DNA of 64,000 nucleotides from Octopus sinensis. Lineage: Eukaryota. How positions within the stretch are numbered: position 1 is the stretch's first letter; each line of letters starts with the position of its first letter. The translations under genes and the position numbers were made by a program. Of the stretch, positions 12,651 to 26,367 are shown in pieces. The stretch covers positions 148,056,001 through 148,120,000 of the forward strand of contig NC_042997.1 in assembly GCF_006345805.1 (NCBI RefSeq), written 5' to 3'. The notes beneath the pieces are model-generated. The model was not told where the DNA came from. It saw only the letters and a list, made by a program, of their open reading frames with translations, and did not search any database.

Positions 12651-13989
12651 TTAAAATCTTGTAATCTGTGTAATTCTTGTTTATCTTTGCGTATACGTAT
12701 CACGATTCTGATAGGGGCATCCAGCTAACCTTGGAGTGAAACTCCGAAGGAAACTAGAGATTTGAAGCTATAGTCAACACCACATCGTGCAGCTTTCAAA
12801 GGTTACATACAGCAACATTAAAATGATTAATTTTATTGAATACATATCTATGAATAAATAATAAACCTCATGTAGATCCATGAATGCAAGTTGGAAAACT
12901 GGGTTTTTTTGGAAGATTAAAATTTGATTAATTCACAGCTCTATGAATTTTATATCTATCTCTTCTTTTATTTACAGGAAGAATTATCATGTAAACACAA
13001 TATTTCATGTGTTAGATTCAAAATAAATCCATGAAAACTTATGACTGTTCGATTATGTGGTTTACTTCGAATTTTCTTGATCCATTCCTCTTGCGCGGAT
13101 CCTCCAGTAAGAATCTTCTGTTAGAGCAGATTAAACAAGCAGTACTCTGTTAAAGTTTTGGTAAGACAATCGACAGAATATAAACCTATAAATTAAGCAA
13201 TAAACTCACATAAACATTGGTGAATAGATAGTCAAGAAAAAACATTTTTATGTGGTGTGCAATAACAATCATTTTTCACTGGAGGAAAAATGTCAAGATA
13301 TGAAAAAAAATTCATGTACATCCTACATAAATAGTCTATTAATAAGAAAAATCATATAAATAATCGCATCAGCTAGTGGTTTAGTAATACTTGCAAAAAC
13401 TAGTAAATAGAAGAATCATGACTATTTTTATGTCAACATAAAAAGAAGGGTATAATTTCCAGTTCCTTTATAGTTGCATTAATCCTTTGTGCATAGTTAA
13501 CCAAAGTGCATCAACGCTGCCGCTCAGTCTCTAAAAATATCAACGAAATATCTCTTATGCCTACAGTTTTAGAATGTAGGCATATATTGGATGGTGTAAT
13601 AATAGATTTAAAGATTAAAGGAGAAACCGTTAGCTGCATGCATCCATCTTTATTACCGAAGAAACACTGGTCACACTTATCGTTCCCGAACTTAAAACAA
13701 TTTCCATCAACGTAGACTGGAGTAACTTGAAGTAAATCGTTTTGCCTTAGGGCAAAATGTATATTTTGATTAAAAAGTCGGAGTCACCATCTCATGATCG
13801 AGATCCTACTTCATAACCACTAAGCCACAGACATTCTCAAACCTAAATATACTACATCTATTTCAAAAAGAAATTAATTATGGCAAAGTATATGGAAATA
13901 AAGAGGTAAAGTGTCAGTCATATCAGGACTGCCCTGAATTTCAAACATCACGTGTAATTATGGCTATCAGTTATTATAAAATACATTAA

Positions 13990-14700
13990 GGCGGCGAGCT
14001 GACAGTCTCCGCACGCCGGACAAAATACATAGCGGTATGTCGCTCAACTTAGGGCGGCGAGCTGGCAGAAACGTTAGCACACCGGGTGAAATGTTCAGCA
14101 GTATTTCGTCTGTCGTTACGTTCAGAGTTCAAATTCCGCTGAGGTCGACTTTGCCTTTTCTCCTTTCGGAGTCGATTAAATAAGTACCAGTTACGCACTG
14201 GGGTCGATATAATCGACTTAATCCTTTTGTCTGTCCTTGTTTGTCTCTTCTGTGTTTAGCCCCTTGTGGGTAGTAAAGAAATAGGCATTTCGCTTGTCTT
14301 TACGTTCTGAGTTCAAATTCCGCCGAGATCGACTTTACCTTTCATCCTTTAAGGCGGCGAGCTGGCAAAAACGCTAGCACGCCGGCCGAAATGCTTATCG
14401 GTATTTCGTCCGCCGTTACGTTCTGAGTTCAAATTCCGCCGAGGTTGACTTTGCCTTTCATCCTTTCGGAGCCGATAAATTAAGTACCAGTTACGCACTG
14501 GGGTCGATATAATCGACTTAATCCGTTTGTCTGTCTTTGTTTGTCCTCTCTGTGTTTAGTAAAGAAATAGGTGTTTCGCTCATACCTATTGGTCTGTCAT
14601 CTTTTCGGAGTTGATAAAATATGTACAGCTCAGCACTGGAGTTTATGTAATCCACTTATTCTCTCACACAAAATTACTGGCCTTGTGCCAAAATTTGAAA
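13990..14700 (+). mobile_element. Head-to-tail nest of tRNA-derived Nin-domain SINEs
   Basis: Heads GGCGGCGAGCTG at 13990, 14053 and 14353. Near-complete copies at 14053-14285 and 14353-14571. Nin-like CTTTCATCCTTTCGGAGTCGAT..AAGTACCAG. Partial bodies at 14286-14349 and 14587-14700. Confidence 0.9.
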
Positions 14701-15170
14701 CTGTTATATTGTGCATTACATGGTGCTTTGTGAGATATACTATATTTCAATAAAAATTGAGATGTTTACGTTTGTGGCGAATTGTTTTGTATGCTTGACC
14801 AGGGTTGTCTCTGAGATGTAAAACAACAACAATTTAGAAATTTAGCAAAATAGGAACTAATTCAATATCTCCATTAAAAATAAGGATTTTTGTTTCTAAA
14901 CCACTTTTAGAACGGTAGGAGATGGGAGGTGTATATATATATATAGGTTTTCTTTAATGGAAGTAAATTTTATCTCAGATGCTGACATAATGGGTGATAT
15001 TTGCTTGTGCGTGTGTATGTATGTGTGCGTGCGATACACACACACTCACGCACACACGCGCATACACGCACACATATAGACACAATATAATCTATCGTTA
15101 TCCTAAGTTTAGGATAATGTAAATTTTAAACACCTGGTACTTTATACATGAAATCGTCTTTAGTAATCTA

Positions 15171-15258
<88 letters not shown>

Positions 15259-15654
15259 ATATATATCTATATATGTGTGTGTATTTATGTATTTAATTAT
15301 ACATATATATACACATAAATTGTGTGTGTGTACATACGTGTGCATCAGGGATATGCATGAATACGAGTGCAAAAATTTGTGAAATGAAATAACCTAAACG
15401 GAGAAATTATTCTACCTTTCAACAAATAAAAGTGGAAACTCTTCGATTCTGTGGAGAAGCGGGAAAGATTTGCAGTATTTCCTGAAGCACCTTTACGTTC
15501 AAATCCTGCAGAGGTAAATTTCATTTTCCTAAGTAAAAAAACAGCAACTCGATTATTAGAATTTATATTATTCCACTATTCTTCCCGTACAGATTTTATA
15601 CCTTTGCGAATCAGTAAGGAAGGTATTTTTAATAGGTGCTTTAGAGAAATTGTG

Positions 15655-15795
15655 GAGGCGCGTGGCTTAGTGGTTAGGATGTCAGCACCATGATCATAAG
15701 ATTGTGGTTTAGATTCCTGGACCGAGCGACGCGTTGTGTTGAGCAAAAGCACTTCGTTTCACGTTGGTCCTGTCCACTCAGCTGAGTACAAGTAG
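15655..15795 (+). mobile_element. tRNA-derived SINE head with CORE-like domain
   Basis: A-box TGGCTTAGTGG, B-box-like GGTTTAGATTCC, then TTGAGCAAAAGCACTT. Confidence 0.75.
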
Positions 15796-18099
15796 CAGAG
15801 AACACATTCCATTTTGTTATACCTAAGTGAACCTAAGCTTCGGATAGACTTCTTAGCTCAAACATTATTATTTTCCGGTCCTCTATTCATTTCTTTAAGT
15901 TCTACATTTGATTTTTCTCACAAAAAATGGGACGATGCAGCCGCAAGCTATACGAATTATATGACCATCATTTCCATGAGGCATATATATCTGGTTATCA
16001 ATACTATGCTACAATCCCTTCCAACATACGTGATATTTCTTACATTGGTCTCTTATATCTTATCTATTACGGCCTCCGCTTTTTTAAACTAATTGCTGCC
16101 TATTCTTCTATTCAAACGAAAATCACCCCCCCCCCTCATTTTCTTTCTTCAATTATTTTAAATTTTGCCTCCTTCAGTTTGCTCAATCATTTCTCACCAG
16201 AATTGTTGTGGCCTTTTCATTGTTGATCGCTTTCCCATCTGTTTTGGCAAACTTCGATCTACAGCTAGTCATGGTGAATACTTATGCCAACGAATTATCC
16301 GTTCTCGCTTAGCATGTTAGCGAATGTAACTAGTAAAGACAAAGACCATTGAACGAACATATTTTTGTCTGCTGAAATGAAGACCACGTAATGTAATTCA
16401 CAGATAATTCTCTCACTTTAAATTCCATTGGGAAATTAGTAAACAAATTGTCATTTAATACTCTGTGTTTGGCCAGGCCTTTGCTAGGAAGAAAAATTTG
16501 TGTTTTCTAGTAATGTAAGGTAAAATTTCATGCCTTAGTGACTGAACAGATAAAAAGCAGCAACTCATGCACGTTTCGTCATGAATGAAATTCAACTGAT
16601 AGAGAATTTATACATAAATTTAGGAATTAAATTCTGAACTGGAGAAACTAATCAATGTATATTCTGCGATGTCATGATGACATGATTATATGATTAATTG
16701 GAAAGATTAGCATCAGTGTTTGCCATAAACTACACCACGCTTGGTTCTGCTACTCAATATGCATGCAATTATATCTGGCAGCAAATAATAGAACCGTGCA
16801 TAAATATAGAGACGTGAATATAGAAAATACTGACTTACATTCGTTTCTGAAATTCGTTGGGCATTTTATATTTCAGTGCACTTTGTTAGTTTTGTCTTAG
16901 ATATTTTAACATCGATTCTCTTTCGTTTCACTAATTACAAGAAAACTGAAGCTGTTTTGAAGTTAGATTAATTTCCGCCTCGTTATGATAACATATCTTC
17001 TTTAAATTGTGAAGTATCAACACAATCATTAATTATAAGAGCGATATATTTTACGTTTTGACATTTAACACTGAGATGGCTTGCAAATGTTCAAGAGTTT
17101 ATCTACTGTTTTACTAGATCTCATCATCAATCTAAATTAATATTTCATATATGACAGGAAGGTATCTTTCCAGAACGCATCCTCCGTAATTAATTATTTA
17201 ATTAGAAATATTTCCCTTAAATTATAAATTTAATTACTCTAAAAGATTTTTTTGTATATCGATATCATTAGCAGACATTCATATAGAAATCATGATACAC
17301 TTTAATGAAATTAGATACTTGACTATAAACTTACTAAAAATATGTATATAAATCATATGTCCTGAAATCTTAAGGATCTTTCAAACTGACAAATCAGTTA
17401 TAATGGATATTACATTATTTCAAACCAATACGGGATTTGCAGCTTTAATCCTGTTCTACGAAACAAAAATTTGGACTAGGTTGCTTTGTAGAAACGGAAA
17501 ATTTCTCTAGTTAGACAGGTGATTGTGACACTCGAATACATTCTTTATACAGTTTTTGTGCTGCCGCTTTAGTTGAAACTTTCAATATCGTAAAAAAACA
17601 AATGACTCATTAGTGTAATCTCTCTTTAATGGTCGCTTCAATATATTATACACACAGATGCCTGATAAAAGTATGCAAGGTTATCAACTACACGATTACA
17701 TTACGCAAAAATTATACATATACTCTATTCAGTTGCGATATAGGCTTTAAAACTAAAAGTACGGTTATGGTATATAAAAATGAAAATGCTCCAAATTTAC
17801 TTTCAGACACATTAAGCTTAAATAATTATTCGTCACTATCATCATGTGCAATGTGTGACTGTTGTGTGTTTTCGTTAAGGCAGCAGGGGAAACTTTACAT
17901 CTGGTACTCTACGAAGTATTATAGTAAATCTCGATAGCAACCATATACATTCTCAAACGCACTTAAACATCCACACTTACACACCCACGCATCCACAATC
18001 ACAGTCTCTCTCTCTCTCTTTCCCACTCTCTCTCTCTCTCGCTATATATATATTTTAAGTTATGTATACATATTTTCTATCGAAATTAGAGCCAGCCCA

Positions 18100-19509
18100 T
18101 AAATTTAAGACGTTTTATATCCCAATACACCTATGTTAGCAATGCGATCGAAGGCCAAAATAAATGTTTATTGGGTGTGTATGCAAATTTCAGGAGCTAC
18201 CGCTCCTTCTTCTGCACCACATCCAACCCATTAACCATCCACGAACACATTACTTAATTACTCACTAAATTTAGCGCAAATGTATAAACCAATTTTACAT
18301 AGTAATTAATTAACTGCCAATTTTTGTTATTCATTCTTTTTGGCTTTTCCAGGTATCTTAGGAGTAAAAATAATATATAGTATTTATATTTTCTTCATAT
18401 TGGAATTATTTTGGAAATTATGATTTTTCGAAAACTCCCAAATGAGGGCTCGCTTAATAAAAGCATATTTATCCTTTTTCCATTCCCATTCAATTTCAAT
18501 AATAAACATTGTATTTATTTTTTTTAAAACTATAGTATGAAATGGGTATGTGTATGAAATATCAATGTATGATAGAGATGGGAAATGCAAAACAATAACA
18601 AAAAAAAACTTTCCAAAACTATCAATGTTTTTGGAGTTCAAAACTTCCGCTTTCTGACATAAATGTCCCCTATAATTAACCAGAACTAATAATGACAAAC
18701 TTTAACTACAAAATATTTTTAAACACACCTCTGCAAATGCAATATACATAAGAAATTCCCTTTAAATACACCGAACAATCAGCAGTGAAACTGCTTTTAG
18801 CAGATCCCCAAATGGGGCTCCTGGGAGGCAACTGATACGTACATATTCATTGCTGGTGAGGACACCATATTTCGTTTTGGAACCATGATATGCACCCAAG
18901 TATATTACAGGGTTGAAAGTAAATACTAAGCAATATCTATGTTAGCAGTGCGGTTCAATCATTTTTGAAATTTATCTGTACAGATTTTCTAAGAGCCAAC
19001 ATTGAAAGTTACGGCGCGTCGTGTACGAATTCGTCTGTATAATCAAAGCAATTGAAGAGTTAAGTAATGGATATATGTGCATAATTGAGGCGTTATCGTT
19101 CCTTCCTCAGCAACATATCCAACCCATTAACCTTCCATGCGCACATTACTTAAATAACCACTAAATTTGGCGGTGTACCACAATTTGATACACTGATTTT
19201 GCATTTTAAATGTATTTCCGGCAACTTTTATAAGCATATAAACTGCTGGTAGGGACGCCGTATTTCGTCTCGCAACTATGATATACTACCAATTTTTCTA
19301 TCATCGCTCTCATATTTTACATTGACGTATTCCTTTAGAAAAGTTCGTAACTTTCAGTGATGGCTCTAATCTCAATATAAAGTATCTAGAAAAAACTTTA
19401 AAAGTATAGAATCGCACTTCCAATAGAGTTAGGTCACTGTATTGATATATAAGCCTTTAATATACTTTTATATATGGTTTCAGAACGAAATACGGCGTCC
19501 CCACTAGCA
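18100..19509. repeat. Diverged direct plus inverted repeat complex (MITE/Helitron-like relic)
   Basis: 18170-18275 resembles 19068-19172 (both contain CCAACCCATTAACC..CACATTACTTAA). A ~40-bp motif TGCTGGT..GGAC.CC.TATTTCG occurs at 18851 and 19244 and inverted at ~19470-19509. Confidence 0.65.
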
Positions 19510-19553
19510 TTTAGCCATTAGCCTATGTATGCATGCATGTATGTATGCATATA

Positions 19554-19955
19554 GGCGCAGGAGTGGCTGTGTGGTAAGTAGCTTGCTAACCAACCACATG
19601 GTTCCGGGTTCAGTCCCACTGCGTGGCATCTTGGGCAAGTGTCTTCTGCTATAGCCCCGGGCCGACCAATGCCTTGTGAGTGGATTTGGTAGACGGAAAC
19701 TGAAAAGAAGCCCGTCGTATATATGTATATATATATGTATGTGTGTGTTTGTGTGTCTGTGTTTGTCCCCCTAGCATTGCTTGACAACCGATGCTGGTGT
19801 GTTTACATCCCCGTCACTTAGCGGTTCGGCAAAAGAGACTGATAGAATAAGTACTGGGCTTACAAAGAGTAAGTCCCGGGGTCGATTTGCTCGACTAAAA
19901 GGTGGTGCTCCAGCATGGCCGCAGTCAAATGACTGAAACAAGTAAAAGAGTAAAA
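19554..19955 (+). mobile_element. Full-length tRNA-derived SINE (CORE-like plus central microsatellite)
   Basis: GGCGCAGGAGTGGCTGTGTGG (A box), GGTTCAGTCCC (B box), CTTGGGCAAGTGTCTT, internal TA/TG tract, tail GAAACAAGTAAAAGAGTAAAA. Several further copies occur in the window. Confidence 0.92.
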
Positions 19956-19969
19956 CAGTATATATAGGG

Positions 19970-20030
<61 letters not shown>

Positions 20031-21658
20031 GTATGTATGTATATATATATATATATGCATGTATGTATATATGTATGTGTGTATGTGTGTATGTATGTAT
20101 CTATCTACACAGTTTGAGCGTATATGATATTTATATGGTTGCTGTGGACTCGGAATCAAGTATGATAGCAGTTCGTCCTAAACTTACAGAGACAAAGCCT
20201 CTGCGTAATGGGGTTCCATGGCACTGAAGATCCAAACCAGTATAGCAAGACAAAAAGATAACTTTATTAAACACTAGCAGCTTTAAAGAAGTATGCAAGA
20301 ATGTGGGCAATCGAAAATACACAAATTTATCGGCACCATCTCCTTTTCTAACGAATACCTGAAAACCTATTTTTTTACACGTCAATTCCTTTCATCTGTC
20401 TTCTAATTCGCTTCTGTCTTCTCGGAAACCTCCATCAAGTTTATAAAGATTTCTGTCTTTCTAAGGCATTGACAGCACTCGCATCATGACTACCATCTAT
20501 AAATACACCGCCACCTACTCCAACTTTGGTTTTCCTTCTTCTTTCCCATTATGCACCATGGACCGTCCCTTAATCTCACTTTTGTCATTCACACCCTTTG
20601 TGCAAATGGCCACAACCTACTTAGAATAAATAACTGTTCATTATACGGGGATGCACCCCACCCAGTTCGAATCATACCAAGCCACAGTTTGCTAAGTCAT
20701 CCACATTGCTACCCTTTCCTCTCACACCCGTCTCTGCTTTTATATGTCTGGATAGGTCTGACTCGAATTCTAACTAAAAAATGTCTTTTCATCTATTCCC
20801 TAATATTCTTTTACCTTCCGTTTTTTCAATACTTATCTATTCCTGGTGTAACACATTCACGTTTAGTAGCATGACCTCGTTCTTGACCTCATAGTTTTTC
20901 CTTCTCTCTATTCATACTTTTCCCTTGATACTTCATCTTTATGAAACTTTTTTTCATGCTTGTGTGCCTTAAATACACAGTTTCTACTACAGAAATTGTG
21001 TTAAGCTTTTCTTCCTTCTGATAAGAACATATTAACGTATAATGTTGTCGCGTTGATATCAATATCAGCTTTTTTATGTGTATTAATGTATTCGTATGCA
21101 TACCTATTCGCGCAATACAATTTATTGAATCAATCAGCCTCTGGATTTTGAAACAGTCTTTCAACCATTAGTTTTCTTACAAGATGTGTTTTGTTTAATT
21201 AAAATATGTTATAAATAACTTAATGCCATATAAAATTACGTGTCAATATTTTGTCTCTTTATTACCCATTCAAGTTATACTTTTCTTATAGGCAACATTT
21301 GATGCGTTTGACTATTTTACAGTGAACAGGATATTGGATTTTAAGAATCTAGACAAGTACAAGTACTACTTCATAGTGCTATTTAATTTACCCTTAAAAT
21401 AGAAATTTTTCAATCCGTAAGATTATACATATGTAATTCTCCATCCATCCATCCATCCATCCATCAATCCATCCATCCATCTATCCATCCATCCATCCAT
21501 CCATCTATCTATCCATCCATACACATATACATATATACATACAAATATACCCTGTTGGTGTTGAGATATACATACATGCATACCTATACATACACATACA
21601 CACATATATATATATACGCATACATACAAATATATATGTTTATATGTATGTATATATG

Positions 21659-21715
<57 letters not shown>

Positions 21716-21948
21716 ATGTATATATGTGCATTATCTATATATATCTATATACATACATTGGGTGAGAAAAAAAACCTCTATTATAAGGCGGTAATTGATC
21801 TACTATGAAGTCATCGTTGTTTAATTTGAATCGCCTGAGCACTACTAAGCGCCTTGTATACTGAGAATCTCTGGATCTCAACTGTTGACTATATATTATA
21901 TCAATACACATATGTATGTATATATACGAACGAATATATACATTGGCA

Positions 21949-22738
21949 TGGTATTGGTATTGGTATTGGCATCCCTTCTGTCTCGGGAGACAATGGAGTT
22001 GCGCATGAAGTAGTCTAGTCCGGCTTTTATATTTCATGTCCTGATACATTTCCTGCTGTGGCTGTGTAGTCCTATCCTGGACAAACACTCCCTCTGGCAG
22101 GTACCGCAAATGTAGCGAAGACTGTTCCTGGCTGGTTGTAGTGCCATAGTCTCTTGTTTACGTCTCTTCCTTTCTTTCCATTTCTCCTCTCTCTCTCTCT
22201 GTCACTCTTTTGTATTCCCTCTTTTACTGTACGTCGTCATTCTCCACGGTTGCAGGCAACTGCCTCCCAACCGCTAATATTGATGTTGCAGGCCTTCATA
22301 TCCCTTTTGCAAACATCCTTGTAACGTAAGATCGGTCTACCCACAGACCTAGTACCCCTAGCAAGCTCTCCGTAGAGTATGTCCTTGGGGATTCTGCCAT
22401 CTTTCATACGGCTAATATGCCCAAGCCATCTCATACGTCTTTGTGTGAGGAGTGCAAACATGCTTGGTATTCCTGCTTGCCTGAGGACATCTTTGTTGGG
22501 GATATGATTCTGCCATTTGATGCGGAGGATTTTTCGGAGGCAGCGCAGGTGAAAGATGTTTAGGCGACGCTCTTGGCGTGTGTATAGCGTCCAGGTCTCG
22601 CTTCCATACAGAGATTGCTGAGTACACATGCCTGGTAGATCTTCATTTTCGTGGTCTTGGTCAGCTTATTGTTGTCCCAAGCCCGTTTGGAGAGTTGGGC
22701 CATCGCAGCAGCTGCCTTGCCAATGCGTATATTGAGCT
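21949..22738 (-). mobile_element. RTE-clade LINE, 5'-truncated
   Basis: LYGSETWTLY..RCLRKILRIKWQ..MRWLGHISRMKDGRIPKDILYGEL, C-terminal CGTCQRECLSRIGLHSHSRKC, and an (AATACC)n tail at 21949-21967. Confidence 0.93.
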
Positions 22739-22787
22739 AAAAAAAAACAAATAAAAAACTAATAATAATTTAACATTACTTGAATAT

Positions 22788-22863
<76 letters not shown>

Positions 22864-23229
22864 GTGTGTGCGTGTATGTATGAGTGTATACCTATATGTG
22901 TATATATGAGTACAAAAATGTCTTACAAATCTCCCTTTGAATGTCTTGCTCGTCTTAGAATTTCCCGATTTTGTCCTTATTTTCAAGCTGCTAAATTTTC
23001 TTCCTGCTGTTGTGTATGCAGTGCATTGTCAAATACTTGTAATAAGATTAAAAACTGCACTCTTGTATTTAAATTATAATGGCAATTTTCTGAAGCATCT
23101 GTACAAAACTCACATTTCGAATTATCAGTCCAAGCACGTATGCCACACTTGACCTACAATCCATACTTAACTGAGGAGTTCCTTGAACATTTTAAAAAAA
23201 TTACCGCGCTGAGCCAATATGATTCTAGT

Positions 23230-23538
23230 GGAGACACATGGCCTAGTGGTTAGAGCAGCAGACTCACAGTTGAGGGATCGCGATTTCGAATCTCAGACCA
23301 GGTGATGTGTGTGTTTATGAGCGAAACAACTAAGCTTCACGCGGCTCCGGCAGAAGGTAAATGCGAACGTCTGCTGACTATTTATCCAAAACTTTCTGTC
23401 ACTCTTTCCTTCTGCATCTTGCAGCTCACCTGCGACGGACCGACGTCCCGTCCATGTGGGGAACCCATGCGCCAAGGAAACCGGGAAACCGGCTCTTATG
23501 AGTCTGGCGTGGCTCGAGAAGGAACAAACAACAACAAA
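23230..23538 (+). mobile_element. tRNA-derived SINE with (CAA)n tail
   Basis: TGGCCTAGTGGTTAGAGC A box, ATTTCGAATC B-box-like, tail AACAAACAACAACAA. Confidence 0.8.
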
Positions 23539-24667
23539 ATATGATTCTAAAGGTACGTCTGTAAACTTACGATGCTTCTGTTGTTCAAAACATAAAATTG
23601 CCCTCTTCTCATCTTGTATACAGTGCAATTGTAGAATGCCAGATATCTTTCACTTGCAGTAAAACAGTTTTTTTTAATGTCTAGGTCTATTTATTGTAGA
23701 TAAAGAAGTAATTACTTCAAAGTCGAGTCAAATTTAAAGAAATATTCTTGACTAATTTTTGTCGGTAAGACGTACATATCATGTGTGTGGCTATTTCTGC
23801 ATTGGATGTTTTGTACATTTTTGTATCATTTACGTAAGGGTTATATAAAATGAATAATGTTTAGCTTATTCTTTGTTGCTGAATTCAGCATTTGCTATAC
23901 TTTGAAATTCAAATTCAGTTTTATCCGAGATGCAAATTAGTAAGGGTGTATGGCGGCATCTCCAAAACTAACTCTAATAAGATTATTGCACCAGTTTTAC
24001 AAGTCAAACAAAACCAATATTTCCTTTAGCATATCTCTTGACAAGACAGTTACAATTCCCAATGTATGGAGGATTAACTTGACAGAAAACGAAATACTGT
24101 TCTTTTTAGTCTTTTTCCTATTTTACATATATGAAGTATAAAAAAAAAATGTAGCATAAACATTCAAATAAATAACTTTCCAAAAGCATAAACACATTCA
24201 AATAAATAAATTCTTCCTCTTGAGTAGGAAGACATTGGTGTAAACAATTCTATGATCAACACAGACAAAAATAATGTGCTAAAATATATTTATATGTGAT
24301 ACTAAGAAATAAAAGAAGTGGTTAAATTTTGTTTTGCACAAGGTGTGCAAAACAATGTGTTTGAAAATAAATTCTACACAGTAGTCCAATTTACTTTTCA
24401 AGTACCAGTTACCATCGTGAAAAAATACATAAAAGTAACATTGGACAAAAATACCATGTGAGCTTGGCTCGATAAATGTTCGATGAGGACTGGTTTCTCG
24501 TTTAATAGCTACAACGATGAAGGTATTTTGAAATTCTATCTATATATCTATCTATTTTACTTTTTAAAAATCTTTTTCCATTTTTCTTATTCATTTTCGA
24601 AAAGAAAAGCTCTACATTTGTATTTGTTCCTACTGTGTTCAACCCTGCATGGTCAATAAAGAAAGTT

Positions 24668-24730
24668 ATGTATGTATGTATGTATGTATGTATGTATGTA
24701 TGTATGTATGTATGTATGTATGTATGTATG

Positions 24731-24817
<87 letters not shown>
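24668..24817. repeat. Compound (TATG)n(TATC)n microsatellite
   Basis: Direct reading. Confidence 0.97.
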
Positions 24818-24818
<1 letters not shown>

Positions 24819-24980
24819 GAACACACACCTATATGTTATTTATCAGCTGATAAATCACTAAAGTTATGAGAGAAGCGAGAATTTCGTTTACGGCACATAT
24901 AAAAGCTTTCATAACACTTGGCTTTAGAGCCATCATTGGAACAACTATTTAACCAATTTATGTATGTGTGTGACTGTATG

Positions 24981-25056
<76 letters not shown>

Positions 25057-25309
25057 CGGAGTATAACTCCAAACTAATAGGGAAAAATTCAATTTAGTAT
25101 TAAATCAAATTTCATAATGTAAATATATAATATATAAATTAGAGAATAAAAACACTATTATGCAATTCGAACAATGATAGACATAAGCCAAATCATAAAT
25201 TATAAATACAAAATATTTTTATAAAACATAACTAGATAAAAAAATGTATTAAAATTAATAATCAATATATAATAAGTAATCAGTATTTGAATTGCATAAT
25301 AGAGGTTTT

Positions 25310-25347
<38 letters not shown>

Positions 25348-25415
25348 TAAATGTAAAAAAACACAAACTGGGACAAGAACGCAAAACATTTAGAAGACGA
25401 TACAGTAGGTATGTA

Positions 25416-25459
<44 letters not shown>

Positions 25460-25734
25460 TACATACCTACATGCATTCATACGTATATATGGAAGACATC
25501 CATACATTCAGTTATAAATGTTTTCATATCTTTCCTGATGAATCGAAATACTTGTGTATCTGCGACTTCACCGTTTACATAATCTCGCTATAATGGTTGA
25601 AACTTAACTAGTGAATTTAAAGGTCAATCTTTTTACTTAGCTTTTTTATTTCCCTACATTTATGGTGTGCCGCCTCTTCTTTTACTTCTCCACTAGGCGG
25701 CACTTTAATCACCTTTATTCTGCTTTTTTATTCT

Positions 25735-26256
25735 TTTTATTCATTTCGGTTATTTGACCGCGGCCATGCTGGAGCACCGCTTTACTCGAGCAAATCGACC
25801 CCGGCACTTATTCTTAGTAAGCCTAGTATTTATTCTATCGATCTCTTTTGCTGAACCGCTATGTTACGGGAACGTAAACACACCAGCATCGGTTCTGAAG
25901 CCAGGGTGGTGATAGTTGCACAAGCATATACACTGGCCAGATCGGAGCAATCTCAAGATTAATCAGTCGAAATTGCGAAGATGATCCGGTTCTTGACTGA
26001 AGATTGAAGGCTTCGAATGTCCCGTCCGTGTTTTTTTGTATCGTCTTCTAAATGTTTTACGTTCTTGTCCCAGTTTGTATTTTTTTACATTTGCATATAT
26101 ATATATATAAGATGGGCTGTTTTCACTTTCTGTCTACCAATTCACTCACAAACCCTTGGTCGGCCTGAGGTTATTGTAGAAGACACTTGCCCAAGGTGGT
26201 ATACGGTGGGACCGAACCCGGAACTATACAGTTGGTAAACAAGCCACTCCTGCGCC
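25735..26256 (-). mobile_element. 19554-type SINE interrupted in its central microsatellite
   Basis: The 3' half (25735-25910) and 5' half (26110-26256) match the reverse complement of 19554-19955. Confidence 0.85.
25932..26095 (+). mobile_element. Repeat 3' end (probable Penelope-like pLTR) carrying a permuted hammerhead-like motif
   Basis: Homologous to 63705-63870 (minus) and, at its tip, to 25348-25406 (minus). All end in (TA)n. PLE identity is inferred. Confidence 0.65.
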
Positions 26257-26367
26257 GACCAGTTCAAATATTTTTTCTTCATTTGTATTCTGCTTATATT
26301 TATACGAGCTATCAATACTATAATTTCCATTTATACTTTTTTCACATGACCCAAGTCTTGAACGCTT

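Noticed and set aside
13990-14700. Regularly repeated units resembling a CRISPR array
   Set aside because: The units are SINE copies of more than 200 bp, with no unique spacers and no cas genes.
16690-16900. TM3-like translation VCHKL..LAANNR
   Set aside because: A single motif with no ordered neighbours that I could verify, compatible with chance in AT-rich DNA.
19554-19625. tRNA-like heads (also 23230, 53933, 15655)
   Set aside because: They continue into SINE bodies and lack clean cloverleaves, so they are not called tRNA genes.
25535-25561. CTGATGA-ATC-GAAA-TACTTGTGTA-TC hammerhead-like string
   Set aside because: Only 3 nt are available for stem II and there is no stem I pairing.
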